From the NCBI GenBank assembly GCA_015231265.1, contig JADGBX010000002.1, forward strand, positions 4,174 to 68,173: 64,000 nt of DNA, read 5' to 3'. The notes below the pieces were generated by a model. The model saw only the letters and a program-made list of their open reading frames with translations, was not told where the DNA came from and made no database searches. This document shows, piece by piece, positions 36,642 through 46,039 of this stretch. Position numbers and translations under genes: made by a program. The DNA is from Magnetococcales bacterium. Lineage in GTDB: Bacteria > Pseudomonadota > Magnetococcia > Magnetococcales > JADGBX01. Positions within the stretch are counted from its first letter, which is position 1. Each line of letters opens with the position of its first letter.

Positions 36642-37739
36642 TCAGGAAGTCCCATCCTGCACGCCTTTGGCAATGCAGAGCGGGGAAGGTTTCATCAGTA
36701 CCGTCCACTTGTGATCCTGTTGTTCCTCGATCGTGAAAGAGGTGCAGTAGAGTTCATTGACGGCTTTGAACTGGAGACTCCTGCGATTGATCTTGCGCAA
36801 TCTGAGGTAAAACGTATGGAACATATCATAGTCACGCCCAAGAAGCGCCTTCTTGATATAGATGAAATATCTCTGCTCAATCAGATCCATTCCCTCTTGG
36901 GCAATGGGATTATCAGGATCGATCCGCAACACTGAACGATAGCAGTGGAAAGCGGTCTTCTTGGGGTCAGACGCAACAAGTAGACGATCAGCGTCAAGGT
37001 ACTCCCGGCACATCTTGAGCTTTTCAGATACACCATCGACATCCGGCCCATTTTCAGAACCTGACACCTCTCGAGAGGGCTGATCCGTGGAGACCACCCG
37101 GACACGCATGGGCGCGACATCAGGGGGTGAGGAGTAGTGAATAGGTTCACCCTCCGTCTCCTCTTTCTGGGCAGTAGGACTCTCTTGCGTGATGTTTCGA
37201 ATCTCAGAGAGAAGACGATGCCCCCCATCTGTCATCACTAAAGTACGTACCGCCCGAGAAAACTCGGCGAGAAGAGGAATGGAAACCTCACCATCGACCG
37301 ACAGAACCTCCACCACCTTCTGCTGTTCATCGCCCGCCCATCGAACAACAAGTGAGAGGGATGAGTTGCGCCGTTCATCCGCCCGCTCCTGACAGAGAAG
37401 AGCGACAACGCGCCCGTCCAGCCAGGTTTCTACCTCGTGCCACTGAATGCCCGAGTCCCGTGTACGGTGATGAAACGTGCGCAAGGATTCAACAGCGGGA
37501 CTTAACGGTGATTTCCGGCCACTCCGCAGAAAATGCTTTTGAAGCCAATCACTTGTCTCAACATCCTCGCCCTGTAGACAGATCGCATCCAACGACTGCA
37601 CAAGGGCAATGCTCTGCTCGGACGCATGCCGACCCATCGCCATTAGCTGCGGCGAAAGAACTACAAACAGTACACACATACCGACGGTTAGAACCGCCCT
37701 GATACCGAGTCTGTCTGGCTGTTTGGTCTTGAGGCACAT
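36642..37739 (-). CDS. exported/membrane-anchored hypothetical protein with C-terminal TPR-like segment
   Basis: The ORF runs to 37796. The ATG at 37739 gives MCLKTKQPDRLGIRAVLTVGMCVLFVVLSPQLMA. It is the first gene of the minus-strand pilus operon. Confidence 0.5.
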   Translation of the reverse strand: MCLKTKQPDRLGIRAVLTVGMCVLFVVLSPQLMAMGRHASEQSIALVQSLDAICLQGEDVETSDWLQKHFLRSGRKSPLSPAVESLRTFHHRTRDSGIQWHEVETWLDGRVVALLCQERADERRNSSLSLVVRWAGDEQQKVVEVLSVDGEVSIPLLAEFSRAVRTLVMTDGGHRLLSEIRNITQESPTAQKEETEGEPIHYSSPPDVAPMRVRVVSTDQPSREVSGSENGPDVDGVSEKLKMCREYLDADRLLVASDPKKTAFHCYRSVLRIDPDNPIAQEGMDLIEQRYFIYIKKALLGRDYDMFHTFYLRLRKINRRSLQFKAVNELYCTSFTIEEQQDHKWTVLMKPSPLCIAKGVQDGTS

Positions 37740-38078
37740 TCGGATTCCGAAAGGCTCCTCACTAATCAGGCACCGGTCCGACAAACCACTCTGCAACCCA
37801 AACAGTTGTGATTGTAGTGCCGATATAGAGGTTTAGGCACGAAGAGCAGACGCGCACTTGATGTAAATAAATACTGACAGCGCATCACTACGAACGGTTG
37901 ACAAGTATAACGACATCAATACCATTGTAAACCTTATTAATAAACCTGTCGCACTACCGAACTGTTGCGCTATATTATTGAGCGGCATATTGCTGTATCA
38001 ATTACTGTTAAGTGACACACTCTCTTGGGGTAATCCCCCTCACCCTCTCGACTTTCCGTCACACGACCGGGGTAAGGA
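37740..38078. promoter_or_regulatory. divergent control region between the two pilus operons
   Basis: 339-bp AT-rich ORF-free spacer between divergent starts. It contains TTGACA (37898-37903) with a weak -10 and a TTATTAATAA palindrome. No promoter could be pinned down. Confidence 0.4.
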
Positions 38079-38786
38079 ATGCCTACGACCACACTCAGGA
38101 ATAGTGATGGATTTACGCTGATTGAATTAGCAGTTACTCTTGTCGTCATCGGTCTCATCATGGCGATCGCTTCCACTGCTCAGGATGTTGTACGCAGTGC
38201 CGAATTCAAGAAGATCTATTCTCGGCACATTCAGGCGTGGTCCGACGCCTATCAGGATCACATAGATCGGCAAGGTGTTGTTGTCGGTGATGATGCAACG
38301 TCACCGACACTCCGCGTGAATGCCCTCGGCAATCCGGCCTATACCGAGCTGTGTGACTCGAACAGCAATCAGGCCGGTGAGCTGCACGCCTATATGGATG
38401 CTGCCGGCATCGAAATGCCCTCGGGTCGTTCAACAGGGAGAGAGGACCGCTACGTCTATCAGGACACCAACGGTAATCCGCAGGAGGTCAGGATCTGTTT
38501 TCTCAATACGGCTTGGACCGATCAAGCGGGTATAGCGATTCAACGCAACGTCATGGTCATCTATGGGTTGGATCCAGCATTGGCGCGATCACTGGACTCG
38601 ACCATTGATGGTCGGCCCGATGCCAGATTCGGCCTCTTCAGACAAAACACCCTCTCCGGGTCGGCCACCACGGTAAGTTCTGAGTGGTCTGCAGATAGCC
38701 GGGACAGCTTTGGTACCAACAATCAGGCCAATCTGGATGAAGATCAGATTGCAACCGTGACCGCTCACTATCGCATGAGTCAGTAG
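38079..38786 (+). CDS. type IV pilin-like protein (candidate major pilin, paralog 1)
   Basis: 235 aa with the prepilin signature MPTTTLRNSDG|FTLIELAVTLVVIGLIMAIA (Glu5 present) and two Cys. Confidence 0.85.
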   Translation: MPTTTLRNSDGFTLIELAVTLVVIGLIMAIASTAQDVVRSAEFKKIYSRHIQAWSDAYQDHIDRQGVVVGDDATSPTLRVNALGNPAYTELCDSNSNQAGELHAYMDAAGIEMPSGRSTGREDRYVYQDTNGNPQEVRICFLNTAWTDQAGIAIQRNVMVIYGLDPALARSLDSTIDGRPDARFGLFRQNTLSGSATTVSSEWSADSRDSFGTNNQANLDEDQIATVTAHYRMSQ

Positions 38787-38896
38787 GATTACGAATCACT
38801 CGATCCGTTCAGCATTGTCACCCGTCACTATAATGGACACATTGGGTAGACGAGCGCGTGCAACGGACTGAAACATACACACCATGAGGAACGATC

Positions 38897-39814
38897 ATGT
38901 TCACATTGTCCACTCTTCGAAATAGCGTATTTAAGAGCCGAGCGGCCAGAGCGTCTCGATCGGATCATCCGAGGCAGGGCAGCGAAGGAGGATTCACCCT
39001 CTTGGAGCTGGCGATGGTGCTGGCGGTCATCGGTTTGATTCTGGGTGGCATCTCCTATGGCAAGGACCTCATGCGCAACGCAGAATACAAAAAGATCAAA
39101 CACAACTTTCTCGATCAGTGGGCACAAGCCTACAATCAATACTATGAGCGCTATGGTGTCGTGCTCGGCGACAGCCAGACTGCACCGACCATGGTGGTAA
39201 ACGCCGCATTCTCTCAGACGATTCTCGATAGTTTTCTCGATGCTGGAGTCGCTGATTACGGTAGTGGCGTCACCCTGCCCGGCATGATCTGCCAAGGGGA
39301 GTTCGAAGGGTCGGGCGAGGCGAATCGAACCACGAGCATCAACGAATCACTGCACAACTTTTTTGATGCTGCCGGCATTGAGATGCCAGCGGGTCGTTCC
39401 GAAAGCCGTGAAGATCGTTACATCTACCAGGACACTAACGGCAACCCCCAGGAGGTTCAGGTCTGCTTTCAGTGGAATCCTCCCGGCACCCGCAGCGGCT
39501 CCGGAAACGTCATGATCATCACCGGTTTGACACCCGACCTTGCGCGCATGATCGACACCATGATTGATGGTAAGCCCGATGCCCGTGAAGGTCTGTTCCG
39601 CCAGGACATCAGCACCAACAACACTGTCGGTTCCGAAGGCACCACATGGAACGCCATCAACTCCCAAACATTCGTTACCGGCTCCACTGCCGGTGTTACC
39701 GCAGATGGTGATCGCAACGACGATGTGGCGGCCGGTGTCATCAATAGCGACCAAACACGATTCGATGAGGATCAAGTGGTCGTGGTTACCGCCCACTATA
39801 AAATGAACCAGTAG
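38897..39814 (+). CDS. type IV pilin-like protein (candidate major pilin, paralog 2, long leader)
   Basis: 305 aa with a GAGGA RBS. Leader ...TLRNS-[21-aa basic insert]-GG|FTLLELAMVLAVIGLILGG. It shares AAGIEMP(S/A)GRS..REDRY(V/I)YQDTNGNPQEV and DEDQ..VTAHY(R/K)M blocks with paralog 1. Confidence 0.85.
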   Translation: MFTLSTLRNSVFKSRAARASRSDHPRQGSEGGFTLLELAMVLAVIGLILGGISYGKDLMRNAEYKKIKHNFLDQWAQAYNQYYERYGVVLGDSQTAPTMVVNAAFSQTILDSFLDAGVADYGSGVTLPGMICQGEFEGSGEANRTTSINESLHNFFDAAGIEMPAGRSESREDRYIYQDTNGNPQEVQVCFQWNPPGTRSGSGNVMIITGLTPDLARMIDTMIDGKPDAREGLFRQDISTNNTVGSEGTTWNAINSQTFVTGSTAGVTADGDRNDDVAAGVINSDQTRFDEDQVVVVTAHYKMNQ

Positions 39815-39832
39815 AACCGGTTCATTTTATAG
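39796..39832 (+). terminator. 14-bp perfect stem-loop spanning the pilin stop codon (attenuator/terminator-like)
   Basis: CTATAAAATGAACC-(9 nt, contains the TAG stop)-GGTTCATTTTATAG. There is no clean downstream T-run, so it may be a partial terminator or an mRNA-stabilising hairpin. Confidence 0.4.
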
Positions 39833-39869
39833 GCAATCGGTCCCGATCTGTCGGTTCGAGGAACAGTCC

Positions 39870-40400
39870 ATGAGGAAGCTGTTTGGAGACGTGCTCTCCA
39901 TGATATTGATTGTGGCGGCCCTGCTTGTGCCCTATCTGGCCTATCGGGCTCAATCCGCCCATGCACGCCTCTCCCTATTGGAGGCACAGCATCGCCAACT
40001 GCAACGGGATTACGCCCAGATCAATCCCCGTCAACAGCAGATGAAGATCGCCCGGCACTATCTGAACCGTACCGACAGCTTCACCCGACGCGCCCAGGCA
40101 GCCGGCATCTCACCCAAAGCATGGGATCGCCATCTGGTCACCTTCAAGGACCGTCAAGTCCCCTTTCGCGAACTGGGCTGGCTCAGTGCCAACACCAGAC
40201 CGGGGAAGAACTACTACTTCATTCCCAAGGTGCTGGATATCCGTGCTCCCAACTCAGAAGATTGGAAAGTGAAGGAGGTGACGGACCGTGGGATCAAGAA
40301 TCTTCAACACGTGCTGGTCTCACTGGAAGGGGAGTACTGGGTGCGTAATCCTGTTGCAGACATGGGTGCCCAGGTTTCGTTGCGGGGAGATTCACCATGA
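39870..40400 (+). CDS. bitopic pilus assembly protein (PilO/MshJ-like topology)
   Basis: 176 aa with an N-terminal TM segment (VLSMILIVAALLVPYLAY), then a coiled-coil-like segment. Its stop overlaps the next ATG (ATGA). Confidence 0.4.
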   Translation: MRKLFGDVLSMILIVAALLVPYLAYRAQSAHARLSLLEAQHRQLQRDYAQINPRQQQMKIARHYLNRTDSFTRRAQAAGISPKAWDRHLVTFKDRQVPFRELGWLSANTRPGKNYYFIPKVLDIRAPNSEDWKVKEVTDRGIKNLQHVLVSLEGEYWVRNPVADMGAQVSLRGDSP

Positions 40401-41710
40401 AACGGGGCAACGCCACACTCATTCTTGAGCTTGATGAACAGCTTTTCCAGCTTCGGGGACGACGGCTCACCGCCCTTGACAACACCTCTGCCGTACATCG
40501 ACACAAGTGGCTGGTGACCGATCTCAAAGGTGCAATTCCCCGGGTGATGCGGGTCAGCGCCAAACCGGAGGATGCTGCACCGGTCCTGGAGAAACAGCTT
40601 CGTGAGATCGGCGAGTTGAGCGGTCCCGGCGAAGTACTTGTCCACGACTACGTACGGCGCGACAAGCGGAGTTTGGACTGCCTGCTCACCGGTGTGACGC
40701 GCACGGTCTTCGGAGATTATCAATTCGCTGCAAACGGGGATTCGGATCACCACCTGATTTTCTCGTTCCCCTGCCTCCTTGCCAAAGCGCTGAAGAAGAT
40801 CAAACCAAAGCGTCCGGCCGTGATTATGATTCAACACGGTCGTCATGTGGATCTTCTGGTAGCAGACCACAAACACCTCTATGATGCGACACGCGTTTCC
40901 GTCAGTCAGGAAACGGATCATGAACGCTTTCCAGATCTCATCAGAACCGTACTGCAGACAGCAGAGCAGCGCAGCGAGATCGAAATACGCGAATTCCATT
41001 TTCACTACTGGTTGAGCAAAGATCCCAACGCGTTTACCTGGGTCACATCCCTGGCGGAATCGATGCAGGTGACCTGCCACATGGCCCCTTCAGGTCTGCT
41101 CAAACTGGCCAAGGATCAGTACCACTCGACACTGCCTGCGCTTCTTGAATCCCTTGATGTGGCCGATTCGGCATCGTCCAAAAAGGATCGCTTCCTTTTT
41201 CAACTCCACAGGTTGGAGCCGTGGCTGACCGTTCCCATGTTGGCGGGAGCACTCTTTCTGGGATTCAACGCCTTGGAGTGGGAACGCAAGGGAGATGATC
41301 TCGCCAGGGCCAATCAGACACTTCAAAGCCGCATCACTCGGTCGCTCTCCCAAGAGACCAAGCTGGAGCCCAATCCCGACTTCGAACCGACACTTGCTCT
41401 GACCTCTACTCTAACGCATGCCAGCAAACAGCCGATTCCGGATCTTATACTCCGGGAAGTGTATCAATCCGCTGCACCGCGGGTAGCGTTTGACCAAGTC
41501 AAAATGGAGTATGGAGAGAACGGTGTCTCGGTTCACCTGCATGGCCGCGTGGACAAACGCTCGGGACAGGATGTGGAGACCTTCAACGCCTTCATCGCCA
41601 ACATGCGCCGAAAGAACTATATCGTCTCGGATAGTACTCTGAAAGCCGACGTACATTTTCTTCTTTTCAACCTGAAACTGGATCGTCCGCTCAATGAAAG
41701 CCAAATCTAA
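40397..41710 (+). CDS. pilus assembly inner-membrane protein (MshI / PilM-PilN-fusion-like topology)
   Basis: 437 aa with a ~270-aa soluble N-domain, a single hydrophobic segment (LTVPMLAGALFLGFNAL), a coiled-coil stretch and a C-terminal domain. The call rests on position and topology, not on motifs. Confidence 0.4.
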   Translation: MKRGNATLILELDEQLFQLRGRRLTALDNTSAVHRHKWLVTDLKGAIPRVMRVSAKPEDAAPVLEKQLREIGELSGPGEVLVHDYVRRDKRSLDCLLTGVTRTVFGDYQFAANGDSDHHLIFSFPCLLAKALKKIKPKRPAVIMIQHGRHVDLLVADHKHLYDATRVSVSQETDHERFPDLIRTVLQTAEQRSEIEIREFHFHYWLSKDPNAFTWVTSLAESMQVTCHMAPSGLLKLAKDQYHSTLPALLESLDVADSASSKKDRFLFQLHRLEPWLTVPMLAGALFLGFNALEWERKGDDLARANQTLQSRITRSLSQETKLEPNPDFEPTLALTSTLTHASKQPIPDLILREVYQSAAPRVAFDQVKMEYGENGVSVHLHGRVDKRSGQDVETFNAFIANMRRKNYIVSDSTLKADVHFLLFNLKLDRPLNESQI

Positions 41711-42722
41711 AGGTGCCTTTTCACTGGGTGTGGCCCTCATCTCTCTCAGTGTATCCGGTATACTCTATTATCAATCCAGCACCATGCGACTCAGCCGAAG
41801 CGCCGTCAGACCGACGCCGATGCCGACCTTCAAGGTGGATAGAAAAGCGTTGCGCTCCATTTCTGAACTCTCCCCCGGTCTTGAGTCGCTGCGCAGTCCC
41901 GGCCAGGCACTGCGACCGGTTCCCTTCGTTCATCTGGCGACACTGTTCGGTGCCACTTCCGAGGATTTGGAAGCTGAAAAACCGTCACCGGAGAGTGTAC
42001 AAAGCGCCAAAACAACCCCGCAGCTTCTTCCCGCTTTGGCTGTTCCGGAGGTGGTCCCAAAAGTTGAACAGAAACCTCTTGATGGTGGAGCCGCCCATCC
42101 TCGCTGGAACTACCCGGTGTGGAATCAACCGCTGCCTGATGCCAAGCAGGTCGATGCAGAGTTGACCGCTGCAGTTGCGCCAAAAAGGGATGAGAACTGG
42201 AGAGAGATCGAACTCCCCGAAACAGTCGGCGACGGTCTGATGCCTGAGAACAAGAGCAAAGAGGAGATGGAAGCACCACCGTTTCCAAAACACGCTCTCT
42301 CCATGACTTTCATGAGTCCTGAGCAGCAACTGGCCGTAATCGACGGTTATCTCTATCGAGAGGGGGATACCCTGTCGAGCGGTGTGGTACTCGCTTCCAT
42401 TACCCGCAACAGCGTCACGCTTGTCCGTGGAGAGGAGCGCCGCGACGTTACCATGGAGAGTGGCACAATAGGCAAAGTGCCCGAGCACGCTTTGCGCGGC
42501 TCCATTCCAAACCAAGCACCCGGGAAAACAACACCATCAGCAATCACGAAAATTCCTACTCCATCCGTGAAGGCTGCACCATCTGGTTTACCCGCTTCTG
42601 CAAAAGTTCAAGTACCGACGGCAACCAGCTCGGGCGCGACAAACAACGCCGGCACCCCTCTTGGAGCGTTGGGCTTGAAAATCGTCCGCGACGCACTGGA
42701 AAGGTCCAACTATCCACAATAG
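41694..42722 (+). CDS. GspB/MshK-like pilus/secretin assembly protein
   Basis: 342 aa with an N-terminal TM segment and a Pro-rich linker. The C-terminal block LAVIDGYLYREGDTLSSGVVLASITRNSVTLVRGEE resembles the T2SS protein B / MshK C-domain. Confidence 0.5.
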   Translation: MKAKSKGAFSLGVALISLSVSGILYYQSSTMRLSRSAVRPTPMPTFKVDRKALRSISELSPGLESLRSPGQALRPVPFVHLATLFGATSEDLEAEKPSPESVQSAKTTPQLLPALAVPEVVPKVEQKPLDGGAAHPRWNYPVWNQPLPDAKQVDAELTAAVAPKRDENWREIELPETVGDGLMPENKSKEEMEAPPFPKHALSMTFMSPEQQLAVIDGYLYREGDTLSSGVVLASITRNSVTLVRGEERRDVTMESGTIGKVPEHALRGSIPNQAPGKTTPSAITKIPTPSVKAAPSGLPASAKVQVPTATSSGATNNAGTPLGALGLKIVRDALERSNYPQ

Positions 42723-42729
42723 TCGAGAT

Positions 42730-43581
42730 ATGGAGATGATAAGACGACATCACTCGGAAAGAGGTGTGACAGCTTCGTCTTTCGATTCAGGAACTGCCGA
42801 CCGAACCGTCCATAACAGCCATGGCGAATCGGGGGTTTCTCTCATTGAGTTGACGGTGATTCTGGCGATCATCGGCCTTGTCTCCAGCGCTGGCATCAAT
42901 GTCATGGTGGGAATCAAGGATACGGCCAATAAAGCCAGGAATGCCCAACTCATTGCTGATGCCCAGTCGGCATTGATCACTTTCTCCTCGACCAACTACC
43001 GTCTCCCCTGCCCTGCCAATCCCGATCTGATCCCAGGTAATGCAGGGTACGGACTTGAGGACTGCACACGTGATGCGGGGATGATTCCCCATGTTACACT
43101 CGTCTTGGATCAGGCCGCTCTCGACACATCCATGCAGCCCATACGCTATGTCGTCTATCGCGTTGCCGACACCACCCTGGATGGTGATGGCAACCAGAGC
43201 CTTGATGGAGATCTGGCAACTGCCGTCAACCGCGTGGACAACCTGGGAGAAGATGGACTCATCAATATCTGGGACTTCTGCCTCGCCCTTGAAAATGGCA
43301 ACACTGCTTTCGGTACCGGCGAGGCCTCCATCTCAACGCTCCCTCTCTCCGGCTCGGGAAACGGATGTCGGGAGGCGGGCAGTTTTGCCAATCAAGCCTT
43401 CGTTCTGGCCTCTTCAGGCAACAGGGATAGCAGTCGACCGGCTGACGGCAATCTGTTTGATGGCATCAACGCAGCAGGCAACACCTGTTTCTCCAGTCCG
43501 GATCAGCCGTGGGATACCTCGTACGACGATGTGATCGCAGCCAGCAGTTTCACCACTCTTCTGGGGATGCTTTGCCAATGA
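42730..43581 (+). CDS. pilin-like protein, RLPCP-family paralog 1 (core module only)
   Basis: 283 aa with a long leader ending ...HGESG|VSLIELTVILAIIGLV. Motifs: YRLPCPA, EDC, PIRYVVYRV, DFC, LASSG...LFDGINAAG, YDDVIAA. Confidence 0.8.
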   Translation: MEMIRRHHSERGVTASSFDSGTADRTVHNSHGESGVSLIELTVILAIIGLVSSAGINVMVGIKDTANKARNAQLIADAQSALITFSSTNYRLPCPANPDLIPGNAGYGLEDCTRDAGMIPHVTLVLDQAALDTSMQPIRYVVYRVADTTLDGDGNQSLDGDLATAVNRVDNLGEDGLINIWDFCLALENGNTAFGTGEASISTLPLSGSGNGCREAGSFANQAFVLASSGNRDSSRPADGNLFDGINAAGNTCFSSPDQPWDTSYDDVIAASSFTTLLGMLCQ

Positions 43582-44852
43582 AAAAGCGACTGTCGAACCG
43601 CCCTCCAAAGAGATCTCTCCACTCCAGCATGGCAGGGTTCAACTTTCTTGAACTCTCCATCGCCATTGCCATCGTCGGCATGATCACCGGTGTTGCCCTC
43701 TCCACCAGTACCAGCCGCAACGCTGTGGAGCAGATGGCCCATCGCAGTGTTGCCAAGCAGTCGATGCAGGTGATGGGGCAGGCAGAGAACATCATCCTCG
43801 GCTATGCGATGCGAACGGAACGCCTCCCCTGCCCCGATGTCAACGATGATGGACGCGAGGATTGTGCAGCCTCCAACAGTGTCGGCACCGTCCCCTATCT
43901 GGATATCGGATTGTCGCAACCCTTTCTGGACGGAAATGGCAATCCCGTTCGCTATGGTGTCTATCGTAATCCCAACGACAAGGCCGATTTGACCACAATC
44001 AGCGACCGGCTCAAACCCTGGCTCCTACCGATCACTCGCGATCCTGCGGGCCCCAACGACGCTGGAAGCATCGCCGCCCATACTGGGTACCAGAACCGGC
44101 TCGATCTCTGCCGAAGCCTCTACAATGCTATCCGGTCAACCCCCTCCAGCAGCCATGTTCATGTCAAGGACGGCTCCTTCATCCGCAACATGTCCTATAT
44201 TCTTGCCAGTGGTGGCATGATGGATGCCGATGGCGACGGTTCACATTTCGATGGCATCAACGCCAAATCCCCACTCAAGCAGTTCGAAACCCCGGACCGG
44301 CGGAAGAGTGACAACTCCGCTGGTGAAGAAGACAGTGTTATCGGTGGCTATGACGATATCGTCAAAGTGATGCCGTTTGGTGTACTGGCATACAAGCAGG
44401 GCTGCTTTGAAGCCAATATGGCCATGAAGGCTCTGGCCATGTCCACGATTGCAGCGGATGATGACTACAGAGCCTCCGTCAACTCCTACGATGCTGCCGT
44501 ACACGGTGTGGAAGTGGCCAAATATGAGCGAGATACCGCCATATTCAATACGGTAATGACCGCTCTGGATGCCGCTACGGTTATCTTCGATGGCATCCTC
44601 ACAACAGGCCAAATCATGAAGGGGGCCGCATCTGCCGCTGCCGAAGTACCCGGTCTGGTCATGGACGGAGTGAATACTGCCATCTCCATCTACGCTGCTG
44701 CCGACAGTATGCAGGGGGCGGTTGATGGTCTTGATGGAGCCCAGGAGTACCTCGACACGACTATCGCCATGGAGGAAGACTCCTGGCAGTATCTCACCGA
44801 TATCTGGGGTAAAGCGGCGCACATGGACAAGGATCAGGGGATCAAACGATGA
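43578..44852 (+). CDS. pilin-like protein, RLPCP-family paralog 2 (core + C-terminal helical module)
   Basis: The ORF track opens at 43509. The ATG at 43578 overlaps the upstream TGA (ATGA) and gives MKKRLSNRPPKRSLHSSMAG|FNFLELSIAIAIVG. Motifs: ERLPCPD, PVRYGVYRN, DADGDGSHFDGIN, YDDIVKV. Confidence 0.8.
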   Translation: MKKRLSNRPPKRSLHSSMAGFNFLELSIAIAIVGMITGVALSTSTSRNAVEQMAHRSVAKQSMQVMGQAENIILGYAMRTERLPCPDVNDDGREDCAASNSVGTVPYLDIGLSQPFLDGNGNPVRYGVYRNPNDKADLTTISDRLKPWLLPITRDPAGPNDAGSIAAHTGYQNRLDLCRSLYNAIRSTPSSSHVHVKDGSFIRNMSYILASGGMMDADGDGSHFDGINAKSPLKQFETPDRRKSDNSAGEEDSVIGGYDDIVKVMPFGVLAYKQGCFEANMAMKALAMSTIAADDDYRASVNSYDAAVHGVEVAKYERDTAIFNTVMTALDAATVIFDGILTTGQIMKGAASAAAEVPGLVMDGVNTAISIYAAADSMQGAVDGLDGAQEYLDTTIAMEEDSWQYLTDIWGKAAHMDKDQGIKR

Positions 44853-46039
44853 GAGGAGCTTCACCTCGCGGCTCCGCAGGTTTTAACCTTCTGGAGATGA
44901 GCGTCGCCCTGGTGGTGTTGGGCATCATGGTGGGAACGACACTCTCCGTCGCCCCCAAACTCCTCAAGGAGGGAGAGCAGGCGGGACACGCCACATCGAT
45001 CCCCAGCCCAGAACTCCTCGACATGGCAGAAGGGGGACTCCTGGCCTTCATCGCCGCCCATAATCGTCTCCCCTGCCCAGACAGTGTCAACCGTGATGGT
45101 GTTGAGGACTGTTCCGGTGGAGCTGTTGGGGACTACCCCTGGCGCAGTCTCGGTTTCTCTGCCGCCTTGGCCGATGCCAGCGAAACCCCTCTTCGATACG
45201 GCGTCTACCGTTACAGCCAATCCGACGCGGTTGCCGATGCTGACCTTGCCGATCCGACCGGTAAGAACAGGTATATTCCGACCATTCCCAACCATCAATC
45301 CAATCAGTTCAACCTGCTCGATTTCTGCACTGCTCTGCGCAACGCGGCCCACCGATCCGAAGATGCTTCCCTGATCCATACCCTCAACAACGGCATCATC
45401 ATCAATCCAGCCTTCATACTGGTCAGCGGCCACAGTTTCGATGCCGATGGTGATGCGGTAAACGGCTCCTTCGATGGCCGTAACGAGTCTGGTGTCAGCT
45501 TCGACCATCCCGGTCTTGAGAAGAGTGCAACTTACGACGACGTGGTCCGTACCGTCGGCCTGTTCGAACTCTCCAGCCGTCTCTCCTGCGCCTTGATGAT
45601 GACCTCGGCCAATACACTCGGCATCCTCTCCACTTCCGACGAATATCGCGTGGAAAAAGCAAAATATGACGTCAGCAACGCTGAATGGAACGTGGAGATG
45701 AACAAATGGGACATTGCTGATTCAGCGCTTTCAGCTCTGGGCAATGCCGCCGACATCTGTCTTGCAGGCGCGCAGTTGGCGTGCGATGCCCCTGCCGCTC
45801 CCTGTGGTGCCGGTGCTTCCATCACCATGGATGTCATCGGACTTGGGGGAGCAGTCTTTCAGCAGATTCTCGGATTCGCTTCCATGGCGGAGAGGATCGC
45901 TGCGCTGGTCATCATCGAGGGACATCTGGATGTCTATAAATCCCTTCAAACCCAGATGGAGGATACGGCAGCGATCAGCAAGGCGAGAGCCATCAAAGCG
46001 GATGAAAACGCCCACTTCGGGACGGAGACAACACCATGA
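44849..46039 (+). CDS. pilin-like protein, RLPCP-family paralog 3 (core + C-terminal helical module)
   Basis: 396 aa with an ATGA overlap. Leader MRGASPRGSAG|FNLLEMSVALVVLG. Motifs: NRLPCPD, PLRYGVYRY, DADGDAVNGSFDGRN, YDDVVRT. Confidence 0.8.
   Translation: MRGASPRGSAGFNLLEMSVALVVLGIMVGTTLSVAPKLLKEGEQAGHATSIPSPELLDMAEGGLLAFIAAHNRLPCPDSVNRDGVEDCSGGAVGDYPWRSLGFSAALADASETPLRYGVYRYSQSDAVADADLADPTGKNRYIPTIPNHQSNQFNLLDFCTALRNAAHRSEDASLIHTLNNGIIINPAFILVSGHSFDADGDAVNGSFDGRNESGVSFDHPGLEKSATYDDVVRTVGLFELSSRLSCALMMTSANTLGILSTSDEYRVEKAKYDVSNAEWNVEMNKWDIADSALSALGNAADICLAGAQLACDAPAAPCGAGASITMDVIGLGGAVFQQILGFASMAERIAALVIIEGHLDVYKSLQTQMEDTAAISKARAIKADENAHFGTETTP

Noticed and set aside
37835-37848. Sigma-54-like AGGCACGAAGAGCA upstream of the pilin operon
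   Set aside because: The GG-to-GC spacing is one nucleotide short of the TGGCAC-N5-TTGC consensus and the -12 region lacks TTGC. No better -24/-12 match was found in 37740-38078.
40304-45508. Minus-strand ORFs of 150-260 aa (40304-41080, 41985-42515, 44241-44864, 44861-45508)
   Set aside because: They are antisense to the tightly coupled plus-strand pilus operon (ATGA overlaps, prepilin signatures), so the plus-strand frames are preferred.
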